This document shows, piece after piece, positions 38,753 through 46,663 of a stretch of 64,000 nt of DNA; position 1 is the stretch's first letter; each line of letters starts with the position of its first letter. The notes under the pieces were generated by a model, which saw only the letters and a list, made by a program, of their open reading frames with translations, was not told the origin of the DNA and did not search any database. The stretch comes from Nitrospirota bacterium. Lineage in GTDB: Bacteria > Nitrospirota > UBA9217. The stretch covers positions 43,255 to 107,254 of the forward strand of contig DATIZR010000093.1 in the NCBI GenBank assembly GCA_035516965.1. Direction: 5' to 3'. The translations under genes were made by a program, and so were the position numbers.

Positions 38753-38779
38753 TTATCGGCCGCGGGAGGGAAAACTTTA
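38753..38779 (-). promoter_or_regulatory. sigma28 (FliA) class promoter for flagellin: TAAAGTTT-N11-GCCGATAA
   Basis: Reverse complement of 38753-38779 reads TAAAGTTTTCCCTCCCGCGGCCGATAA, an exact match to the enterobacterial sigma28 consensus. About 170 nt upstream of the flagellin ATG. Confidence 0.7.
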
Positions 38780-38904
38780 ACGAAAAGCGCGTGGATCGCG
38801 GCTGTCCTGCTTCCGACTCCCGGGAAAAACGCCTAAAGTTTTCCGCGAATCGTCCGATATGAGGACCAAAGGCATGGCCGGCCGCGGTGCCGGCGGAGGC
38901 GCAG

Positions 38905-39102
38905 ATGACCGTCTTTCCGTTTCAGTTAACCGAGGTGATGCACCTCTACAACAGGGTCTCCAAGCTCAAACCGTCAACGATCCTCGACAAAGAGCCCGGC
39001 GAACCGAAGGATGTCGTGAACATATCAGCCGAAGGGAAGAAGCGGCAGATCCTCGACCAGGCCCGGAACGAGGTGCTGGACCAGATCCGGAAGACGAAAT
39101 AA
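38905..39102 (+). CDS. small hypothetical protein (65 aa) divergent from flagellin gene
   Basis: ATG at 38905 preceded by GGAGG. No confident homology (weak resemblance to FlgM-like anti-sigma factors). ORF track starts at 38887. Confidence 0.35.
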   Translation: MTVFPFQLTEVMHLYNRVSKLKPSTILDKEPGEPKDVVNISAEGKKRQILDQARNEVLDQIRKTK

Positions 39103-39121
39103 TAACGGCGGACCATGAGAC

Positions 39122-39724
39122 TTGGATAAAAAAGCGTTTCGCATACTCGTTGCCGATGATGACGACATCGCCCTCGACGTCGTGAGCATGCTCCTCTCCC
39201 GGGAGGGCTACTCGGTCGCTCCCGTCAAGGACGGCCTGGAGGCCATCGACCGGCTCCGGCTTGAGGAGTTCCACCTGGTCATTACCGACCTGATGATGCC
39301 CGGGGCCGGCGGCATCGAAGTCCTGAAATATGCCTCCCGGAGCAATGCCGATATCGCCGTAGTCATCCTGACGGCCTACGGCACCCTCGATACCACGCTC
39401 GAGGCAATCAAGGAAGGGGCCTATGATTACCTCACCAAGCCCTTCCGGACCCAGGAGATCTCCATCATTGCCGAGCGCGCGTACCAGCGGGCCCTGCTCA
39501 TCGCAGACAACCGGGACCTGAAGCGGAGCCTGCGCGACACCTACCGTGATATGGAGATCATCAAGACGGTCGCCGCGAGCGGAAATCCCGAGGTGACCAC
39601 GGCCTGGCTCGAACGGATCGAGAGGCTCAGGACCATGAACGTGCTGCTCGCCGGCGAAGCCGAGGTGCTGAAGGAAAGGCTGGTCAGGGGAAATGGAAAA
39701 GGGCAGAATATTAATAGTGGATGA
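39122..39724 (+). CDS. CheY-like response regulator (stand-alone REC with C-terminal helical extension), TTG start
   Basis: ILVADDDDIALDVV...LVITDLMMPGAGG...LTAYGT...KPF receiver motifs. Confidence 0.75.
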   Translation: MDKKAFRILVADDDDIALDVVSMLLSREGYSVAPVKDGLEAIDRLRLEEFHLVITDLMMPGAGGIEVLKYASRSNADIAVVILTAYGTLDTTLEAIKEGAYDYLTKPFRTQEISIIAERAYQRALLIADNRDLKRSLRDTYRDMEIIKTVAASGNPEVTTAWLERIERLRTMNVLLAGEAEVLKERLVRGNGKGQNINSG

Positions 39725-41177
39725 TGATCCCCTCGTCCGGGACGTCCTGTCAGACATCTTCGAGCAGGCGGGGTCCTATGTGACCGAAAGCGCCCCGAAC
39801 GGGACGGAAGGCATACAGAAGGTCAAGGATCATGATTATGATGTAGTGTTCACCGATCTCACCATGCCGGGCATCACCGGCATTGACTTCATGCGTGAGG
39901 CCGTGAAGCTGCGCCCGGCCCTGCCCGTCGTCGTCATCACCGGCCATTCGACCATGGACAACGCGGTCAACGCCATGCGTGAGGGCGCAAAGGACTTCCT
40001 GAGCAAGCCGTTCACCATGGCGTCCGTCACGTCCGTCGCCGAGCGGCTGATCGGGGAGCGGCGCCTCCTGGCAAAGCTCGCGCCGGACGGCGGATATGAG
40101 ACCTGCATCGGCAGGCTGAACGCCGAGCTTTTCAAGAAACTTCAGGAAATAACCATCCTCCAGTCCATCAGCTCCGAACTCGACGCGATCTACGACAACA
40201 GGGAGGTCTACGAAAAGATCGTCGAGATGGCGTCGCGGCTGCTGCGCGTCAAGGAGGTCGCCTTCGGCATCGTCGAGGACGGGGTGTTCAGGGTCCGGTG
40301 CGCCGCCGGCGTTCCGGAGCGGGATTTCCCGGTGGCTGGCGGCATCTTTGAGCGTGTCGTTCGGACCCGTGAGCACTGCCTGTTCGGCATGGGCGACCGG
40401 AACCCGCACACGGGGAACCTGCTCGAATCCCCGCTCTTCGCGATCCCCTTCACCATCAATGGCGAGGTCTTCGGCATCGTCAGCCTCATGAACAAGGCCG
40501 ACGGCAGCGCCTTCACCGAGGACGAGGTCTCCCTCGCCCTGACCTTCGCGAAGAAAGCGGCCCAACGCATAGAGAACAATGCCCTGTACGAGGTGTTCTA
40601 CAATAATCTGATCAGTACGCTCAAGGCGCTCGTCATCAGCATCGAAGCGCGGGACTCCTACACCAAGCAGCATTCGGAGCGCGTGACGAACTACTCGCTC
40701 CAGGTCGCCGAAGCGATGGAACTCGGCGCCGAGGAGAAAGACGCGCTGCGGTTCGGGGGGTACTTGCACGACATCGGCAAGATCGGTGTTCGGGACACGA
40801 TCCTCCTCAAGCCGGAGAAGCTCACGGACGAGGAGAAGACGGAGATCAACCTCCACCCGGTGATCGGCGCGAACATCATCGAACCCCTGCGGTTCTTTCC
40901 GAAGGAGCGGGAGCTCATCATGCACCACCATGAGAACTTCGACGGGTCCGGATACCCCGATGGTCTTGCCGGGGAGCGGATCCCGATCGCGGCGCGCATC
41001 CTGGCCGTCGCCGACGCCTACGATGCCATGACGTCGTCGAGGCCCTACCGCGCGGCAAAAAGCAGGGCCTTCGCCGTCGAGGAGCTCAGGCGCTGCTCCA
41101 ACAGCCAGTTCGACGGTGAGGTCGTCCGCGTATTCCTGCAGACGCTGGGGGAAGGAGATCCGAGCCATGCCCATTGA
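39693..41177 (+). CDS. REC-GAF-HD-GYP response regulator (c-di-GMP phosphodiesterase)
   Basis: REC (ILIVDDDPLVRD...VFTDLTMPGITG), GAF region, HD-GYP (YLHDIGKIGV, HHHENFDGSGYPDGL). Confidence 0.85.
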   Translation: MEKGRILIVDDDPLVRDVLSDIFEQAGSYVTESAPNGTEGIQKVKDHDYDVVFTDLTMPGITGIDFMREAVKLRPALPVVVITGHSTMDNAVNAMREGAKDFLSKPFTMASVTSVAERLIGERRLLAKLAPDGGYETCIGRLNAELFKKLQEITILQSISSELDAIYDNREVYEKIVEMASRLLRVKEVAFGIVEDGVFRVRCAAGVPERDFPVAGGIFERVVRTREHCLFGMGDRNPHTGNLLESPLFAIPFTINGEVFGIVSLMNKADGSAFTEDEVSLALTFAKKAAQRIENNALYEVFYNNLISTLKALVISIEARDSYTKQHSERVTNYSLQVAEAMELGAEEKDALRFGGYLHDIGKIGVRDTILLKPEKLTDEEKTEINLHPVIGANIIEPLRFFPKERELIMHHHENFDGSGYPDGLAGERIPIAARILAVADAYDAMTSSRPYRAAKSRAFAVEELRRCSNSQFDGEVVRVFLQTLGEGDPSHAH

Positions 41178-41928
41178 GGCCGGCGTGCGGGTCGTCTTCC
41201 GCCTCATTGCGGAGTCGACGCTGCACCATGCGACGGTTGTCGCCATCGACGACAACGCGATAGTGCTCGAACCGGAATACAGCATTTCCGCCGACATCCC
41301 CCCCGGCCAGTATCTGCTCATCACGGGACCCGACACGGACATCGAGTATTACGGCGAGGTCATCGGCGGCGAAGGCTCGGCGCTGCGCCTCCGGCGCATG
41401 TGGACCGGCGAGCGAGGTTATTTCCGCGTCGATGATGTGTTCCCGTTCACGTGGCGGAAGATCCCGGAGGGCGAGCCGTACCGCGAGTCCTGCATCTTCT
41501 CAGGATACGGAATGGATGCGGCCGACCTGGAGCTCCCCGACGACAGCGCCAGCCCCCGGCTCTGGAAAATGCTGCTGGACATCAACGCGAAGCTCGACGT
41601 GGTCATCAGGCATCTGCATCTGGAGAGCGAAGGGCTCATCCGCGCCCGGGGCGTGCCGGTCAACCTCAGCGCGTCCGGTCTCCGCTTCAGGCTGGACAGC
41701 AGGCCGTCGATCGGCGACGATCTCGAGGTAAAAATACTGCTGCCGTCCTATCCGCCCGTCGGGGTGCTCGTGATCGGCCGGGTGGTCAGGATCGACGAAC
41801 ACGCGGCGGCCGGTTTCGACATTTCGCTCCATTTCATCGACCTGACCGATGAGGTGCGGGAAGTGATCATCCAGTATACGCTCAAGCGCCAGCGGGAGAT
41901 CCTCAGCCGCCAGCGCCGGCGGGAGTAG
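41167..41928 (+). CDS. PilZ domain protein (YcgR-like c-di-GMP receptor / flagellar brake candidate)
   Basis: PilZ motifs RLRRMWTGERGYFRV (RxxxR) and NLSASGLRF (D/NxSxxG). Located between the HD-GYP gene and motA. ATG at 41167 with GGAGA RBS. Confidence 0.65.
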   Translation: MPIEAGVRVVFRLIAESTLHHATVVAIDDNAIVLEPEYSISADIPPGQYLLITGPDTDIEYYGEVIGGEGSALRLRRMWTGERGYFRVDDVFPFTWRKIPEGEPYRESCIFSGYGMDAADLELPDDSASPRLWKMLLDINAKLDVVIRHLHLESEGLIRARGVPVNLSASGLRFRLDSRPSIGDDLEVKILLPSYPPVGVLVIGRVVRIDEHAAAGFDISLHFIDLTDEVREVIIQYTLKRQREILSRQRRRE

Positions 41929-41935
41929 GGGTGTC

Positions 41936-42706
41936 ATGGACCGGGCAAGCATCATAGGACTGTTGGTCGGCCTGACCGCGCTGTTCGGAGGAAACCTCCT
42001 GGAGGGCGGCAGGGTCGACTCGATCCTCCAGCCCACCGCCGCGCTCGTGGTCTTCGGCGGCACGCTGGGTGCCACGCTCCTGAGCTTCCCTGCGCGGGAT
42101 GTCTATAGTGCCGTGGCCGCTCTCCGGACCGTGTTCCGCGAGGACGGGTCGGAGGCCGAGGCCCTGATCCACGACATCATCCGGTTCTCCCATATCGCCC
42201 GCCGGAACGGCTTCGTAGCGCTGGAGCCCGAGGTTCCCCGGCATGCCAACGCCTGCCTCCGGAAAGCGCTCAAGCTGGCGATCGACGGCATGCTCCCGAA
42301 ACTCCTGACGGATACCATGGAGCGGGACAACGCGACCTACGAGGACCGGGAACGGCGCATTGCCAAGGTGTTCGAAACGGCCGGCGGCTTCGCCCCCACC
42401 ATCGGCATCATCGGCGCGGTCCTGGGGCTGATCCGCGTCATGGAGAACCTTTCCGATCCTGCGAAGCTCGGCGCCGGCATCGCCGTGGCCTTCGTCGCCA
42501 CGATCTACGGCGTCGCCTCGGCAAACCTTGTTCTCCTGCCCATCGCCCGCAAGCTCATGAACCGTGCAAACCGGGAGCTTGCGCTCCGCGAGATGATCCT
42601 GGACGGGGTGATCGGGATCCAGGCGGGCGTCAACCCGCACTATCTCGAGGAAAAGCTGAGGGCCTTCGTGGAACGTGATGGACATGCGAAAAAGCAGGAA
42701 GCATGA
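41936..42706 (+). CDS. motA: flagellar motor stator protein MotA (set 1)
   Basis: 4-TM MotA/TolQ/ExbB topology. Conserved C-terminal TM3-TM4 region (PTIGIIGAVLGLIRVM...AFVATIYGVASANLVLLPIA). Confidence 0.85.
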   Translation: MDRASIIGLLVGLTALFGGNLLEGGRVDSILQPTAALVVFGGTLGATLLSFPARDVYSAVAALRTVFREDGSEAEALIHDIIRFSHIARRNGFVALEPEVPRHANACLRKALKLAIDGMLPKLLTDTMERDNATYEDRERRIAKVFETAGGFAPTIGIIGAVLGLIRVMENLSDPAKLGAGIAVAFVATIYGVASANLVLLPIARKLMNRANRELALREMILDGVIGIQAGVNPHYLEEKLRAFVERDGHAKKQEA

Positions 42707-42836
42707 GGAGCGAAGGATGCGATAAGCCGCCGGTTTCCGGGTCGGGCACAGAATGACGGGTCGGGGTACAAGTCGTACGAACCATGACGTGGTGCATATT
42801 CTCAACGGTAACGCTTGAGAACCGCGGATACACGCT

Positions 42837-43526
42837 ATGCGAAGAAAGCGCAAAACCGAAGACCATGACAATCCCGACCGTTGGGTCGTGTCCTACGCCG
42901 ACTTCATCACGCTCCTGTTCGCCTTCTTCACGACGCTCTACGCGATCAGCCACGTCGATCTGGGCAAGCTGGAGCGGTTCACCGGCTCCATGCAGTCCGC
43001 GTTCAAGACGAAACAGCGCAACGCGATCGACACGACGGTGATCGATGGCATCAGGCCGCCGGTCTACGCCGATGTGCGGCTCGAAAAAGAGTTACGGGAG
43101 GAGATCGGGAAATCTGGTATAATAGAGGGCGTTGTCGTCAGCCGTGACGACCGCGGCGTCATCGTCTCGTTCGAGGACGCGCTGCTCTTCGAGAGCAACG
43201 AGGCGGCGCTCAAAAAATCGGCGCGGCCGATCATCGCGATCGTTGCCGCGGCCGTCAGGAAGGCGGGCCGGACGGTCGTCATCGAGGGGCATACGGACAA
43301 CCTGCCGCTCCGGAACAGCCGTTACTCGTCGAACATGGAGCTGTCGGCCGCCCGCTCCGCAAGCACCTTCGCCGCCCTGCTGAGCGAAGACCCCGGCGCA
43401 CAGGACCGGATTTCCACGGCGGGGTACGGCGAATACCGGCCAATCGCCTCAAACGCGACCTTCGAGGGCCGGGCGCGCAACAGGAGGATAGATATCATCT
43501 TTGTCTCCCGGAAGGACGGAACATAA
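42837..43526 (+). CDS. motB: flagellar motor protein MotB (set 1), OmpA-like C-terminus
   Basis: WVVSYADFITLLFAFF plug/TM with conserved Asp. OmpA-like peptidoglycan-binding domain (IEGHTDNLP...LSAARSAS...RNRRIDI). Confidence 0.85.
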   Translation: MRRKRKTEDHDNPDRWVVSYADFITLLFAFFTTLYAISHVDLGKLERFTGSMQSAFKTKQRNAIDTTVIDGIRPPVYADVRLEKELREEIGKSGIIEGVVVSRDDRGVIVSFEDALLFESNEAALKKSARPIIAIVAAAVRKAGRTVVIEGHTDNLPLRNSRYSSNMELSAARSASTFAALLSEDPGAQDRISTAGYGEYRPIASNATFEGRARNRRIDIIFVSRKDGT

Positions 43527-45006
43527 GATCCTCGTTGTCGAGGACCGGCCCGAACAGAGGTCCCGCATCAGCGCGGCCTTTGCCCTGCACGGGAAGGGCC
43601 TGGCACTGCAGTTCTCGCCGTCGCGGGCCGCGGCAGTGGAAGCCGTGAACCGGGAGAACATCGATGTCCTCTTCTTCGGCGGTGACGGGGCCGTGCCTGA
43701 TTTTGTGAGGAGCGTCCTCGCGGACGGCCAGCGGAACACGGTCCTCATCATGATAACCGGCACGGATGATGAAGCGGCAAGGCTGGCGGCGATCCAGTCC
43801 GGCGTGGATGACTGCGTGCCCGCCGGCGCTGAGGGCATCGCCGGCTTCCCGGATGCCGCCCGGCGCGCCCTCGCGCGACGCGACGGGGAGCGGCGGCGCG
43901 CGGAGGAGCTGGACCTCGTAATCCGGAGCCAGGTCCAGTGGATGGCGATCCTCGATGCCATCACCGATTATATATTCGTCATCGACGACCAGCAGCGGCT
44001 GCTCAAGGTGAACAGCGCCTTCGCGGCGGTTCTTCAGATGCACCCCCGCGACGTGGTGGGGAAAAAGTGCTCTGATTTCTTCGGCACCGAGATCCTGAGC
44101 GAGTGCTCGACAAAGGACCTCGAGCACGACGGTAAACCGCGTACCTATGAAAAGGCCATCGGCGAAGAGACGTACCAGATCAGTATCTTCCCCCTCCAGG
44201 AGGCGGATCGCAGCCTGTCGATCCAGGTCATGAAGAACATCACCGAGCTCAGACGGCTCAAGGACCAGCTGCACCACGCGGACAAGCTTGCCTCCATTGG
44301 CCTGCTCGTTTCCGGCGTCGCTCATGAGATCAACAACCCCTTGACCGGCACCATCGCCTACACCGAGCTGCTCACGATGAAGGTGCCCGACGAGAGCATC
44401 AAGCGGGACCTGAACAAGATCCTCGAGAGCGCGGAGCGGTGCAAGAAGATCGTCGACAACCTCCTCACCTTCTCGCGCCAGCGAACACCGGCGAAGAGCC
44501 TCGAATCCGTCAACGACATCGTTGACCGGGCAATCGAACTGCGGGGTTACTGGCTCCGTTCGAGCGGCATCGAGGTCGTAAAGGACTACGACGCCCTTAC
44601 CACGGTTTTCGTCGATGCGCAGCAGCTGCAGCAGGTCATCCTGAACATCCTGCTCAATGCGGAGCAGGCAATCGTCGGGGCCGGCCGGAACAGGGGCAGG
44701 ATCACGTTCACTACGCGGTACCAGCGGGCGGACCGCAGGATTTTCATCCGCATCGCCGACAACGGGCCGGGGATCCCGCAGCGCATCATCTCCCGGATCT
44801 TCGATCCCTTTTTCACGACCAAACCCGTCGGCGTGGGGACCGGTCTGGGGCTGTCCATATCCCACGGCATCGTGAGCGAGCACGGAGGGACCATCCGTGC
44901 CGAAAATCTTGAAGAAGGAGGCGCCGCGTTCATCATCGAGCTCCCGACGGGGGCAGGTACGCTCCAGGAGGGATCGGAGCAGAGACGAAGCGGTCCGCAC
45001 AAATAA
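43501..45006 (+). CDS. sensor histidine kinase with N-terminal REC-like domain and PAS domain
   Basis: ILVVEDRPEQR REC-like. PAS (ILDAITDYIFVID). H-box GVAHEINNPLTG. HATPase (LLNAEQA, DNGPGIP, GTGLGLS). Confidence 0.8.
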   Translation: MSPGRTEHKILVVEDRPEQRSRISAAFALHGKGLALQFSPSRAAAVEAVNRENIDVLFFGGDGAVPDFVRSVLADGQRNTVLIMITGTDDEAARLAAIQSGVDDCVPAGAEGIAGFPDAARRALARRDGERRRAEELDLVIRSQVQWMAILDAITDYIFVIDDQQRLLKVNSAFAAVLQMHPRDVVGKKCSDFFGTEILSECSTKDLEHDGKPRTYEKAIGEETYQISIFPLQEADRSLSIQVMKNITELRRLKDQLHHADKLASIGLLVSGVAHEINNPLTGTIAYTELLTMKVPDESIKRDLNKILESAERCKKIVDNLLTFSRQRTPAKSLESVNDIVDRAIELRGYWLRSSGIEVVKDYDALTTVFVDAQQLQQVILNILLNAEQAIVGAGRNRGRITFTTRYQRADRRIFIRIADNGPGIPQRIISRIFDPFFTTKPVGVGTGLGLSISHGIVSEHGGTIRAENLEEGGAAFIIELPTGAGTLQEGSEQRRSGPHK

Positions 45007-45009
45007 GCC

Positions 45010-45867
45010 ATGTTCGTCATTGTCGGAATAGGTATCGTGCTCGGGGCGGTCATCGGTGGCTTTCTCATGGAAGGGGGAAACCTGCACATTCTCTTCCAGC
45101 CCTCCGAGGTCGTCATCATTTTTGGCGCCGCCCTGGGCGGTTTTCTGATTTCCTCTCCGTCCAAGATCGTCGGCATCGTCTCGAAGAACGTCCTGACCAT
45201 CGTCGGCGGGAAGAGCCACTCCAAGCGGCAGTACCTCGAACTCCTGTCGCTCCTGTACCAGCTCTTCTCGAAGATCCGGAAGGAAGGGCTGGTCTCCGTC
45301 GAGTCAGACATCGAGAACCCCGACCGGAGCCCCATCTTCCAGAAATTCGGCAGCGTGCTGTCCAACCACCACGTGGTGAACTTCATCTGCGACAACCTGA
45401 AGGTGATCGTCACGGCAAACGTGCCTCCCCATGAGCTGGACAACCTCATGGAGATCGAGATCGACACCCATCACCATGAGGCAATGATCCCCTCGCACAG
45501 CGTCGCGCGCGTCGCCGACGCCCTGCCCGGCCTCGGCATCGTGGCGGCGGTCCTCGGCGTGGTGCTCACCATGGGCAAGATCGACCAGCCGCCGTCCGTG
45601 CTCGGCCACAGCATCGGCGCGGCGCTCGTCGGCACGTTCCTCGGCGTGCTCATGTGCTACGGGTTCGTCGGCCCCATTGCCGCCAATCTGGAGCACCAGG
45701 CCCAGGAGAAGGGCTTTTTCCTGCAGGTCATCAAGGTCGCCCTCGTGGCGTTCGTCGGCGGCTCCGCACCCCAGATGGCGGTGGAATTCGGCAGACGGGC
45801 GATCCCGGATGTTGAAAAGCCGACCTTCAGCGAGCTGGAAAACCAGGTCAGGGGCAAGGCAAAATGA
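45010..45867 (+). CDS. MotA/PomA-family stator protein (set 2)
   Basis: 4 TM helices, LPGLGIVAAVLGVVLTMG...GAALVGTFLGVLMCYGFVGP conserved MotA C-terminal channel region. Confidence 0.8.
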   Translation: MFVIVGIGIVLGAVIGGFLMEGGNLHILFQPSEVVIIFGAALGGFLISSPSKIVGIVSKNVLTIVGGKSHSKRQYLELLSLLYQLFSKIRKEGLVSVESDIENPDRSPIFQKFGSVLSNHHVVNFICDNLKVIVTANVPPHELDNLMEIEIDTHHHEAMIPSHSVARVADALPGLGIVAAVLGVVLTMGKIDQPPSVLGHSIGAALVGTFLGVLMCYGFVGPIAANLEHQAQEKGFFLQVIKVALVAFVGGSAPQMAVEFGRRAIPDVEKPTFSELENQVRGKAK

Positions 45868-46658
45868 GCGACCAGAAGTCCAAGATCATCATTAAAAAGG
45901 TGAAGAAGGTATCCGGCGGAGGAGGACACGGCGGGAGCTGGAAGGTTGCCTATGCCGACTTTGTGACGGCCATGATGGCCTTTTTCCTGCTCCTGTGGCT
46001 GATCACCATGGTCGCGCCCGAGAAGCGCGCGCGCATGTCGAACTACTTCAAGAGCTTCAGCATCTTCCAGCACAGCGGCACGTCGTTCATGGAGAAATCA
46101 AGCGAGCTGTTCAATCAGGCCGGCGAATCGCAGGACAAGCTCTCGGCCGACGCCCTGGCCAAGTTCCAGACCCGCAGCAAGGAGGAGGTCAAGGAGTCGA
46201 TCAAGAAGGCCATTGAGGTCAAGCTGGGGGATATCAAGGACCAGATCATGGTCGATGTGTTCGAGGGGGGGGTGCGGATCCAGCTGGTGGACAAGGCGGG
46301 CAAACCCATGTTCGACCTCGGCTCGCCCGAACCCACGCCGCTCGCCACCCGGATCATGCAGGTGCTGGGCGACCAGATCAAGGCCATGCCGAACCCGGTC
46401 TCCGTGGAGGGCCACACCGATTCCCTGGCCTTCCGGTCGTCAGCGACGCGCGGCAACTGGGAGCTTTCCACCGAACGGGCGCTCTCGGCAAAGAAGCAGC
46501 TCGAAGGCTACGGCCTGAACCCCAACCGCCTGACCCGGGTCGCCGGCTACGCCGATACGGTCCCTTTCATCCAGGAAGACCCCGAGGACCCGCGGAACCG
46601 CAGGATCAGCATCATTCTCCTCTTTCCCCAGGCCCCGCCCGCCATCTCTTCCCGATAG
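45864..46658 (+). CDS. MotB/PomB-family stator protein (set 2), OmpA-like
   Basis: WKVAYADFVTAMMAFFLLLW TM with Asp. OmpA-like (VEGHTDSL...LSTERALS...RNRRISI). 4-nt overlap with upstream motA-like gene. Confidence 0.8.
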   Translation: MSDQKSKIIIKKVKKVSGGGGHGGSWKVAYADFVTAMMAFFLLLWLITMVAPEKRARMSNYFKSFSIFQHSGTSFMEKSSELFNQAGESQDKLSADALAKFQTRSKEEVKESIKKAIEVKLGDIKDQIMVDVFEGGVRIQLVDKAGKPMFDLGSPEPTPLATRIMQVLGDQIKAMPNPVSVEGHTDSLAFRSSATRGNWELSTERALSAKKQLEGYGLNPNRLTRVAGYADTVPFIQEDPEDPRNRRISIILLFPQAPPAISSR

Positions 46659-46663
46659 GACAG

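Noticed and set aside
39750-41342. 530-aa minus-strand ORF
   Set aside because: Antisense to the REC-GAF-HD-GYP gene, whose frame carries unmistakable HD-GYP motifs.
41903-42871. 322-aa minus-strand ORF
   Set aside because: Antisense to motA.
43495-45219. 574-aa minus-strand ORF
   Set aside because: Antisense to the PAS histidine kinase and motA2. Arg/Asp/Gly-rich.
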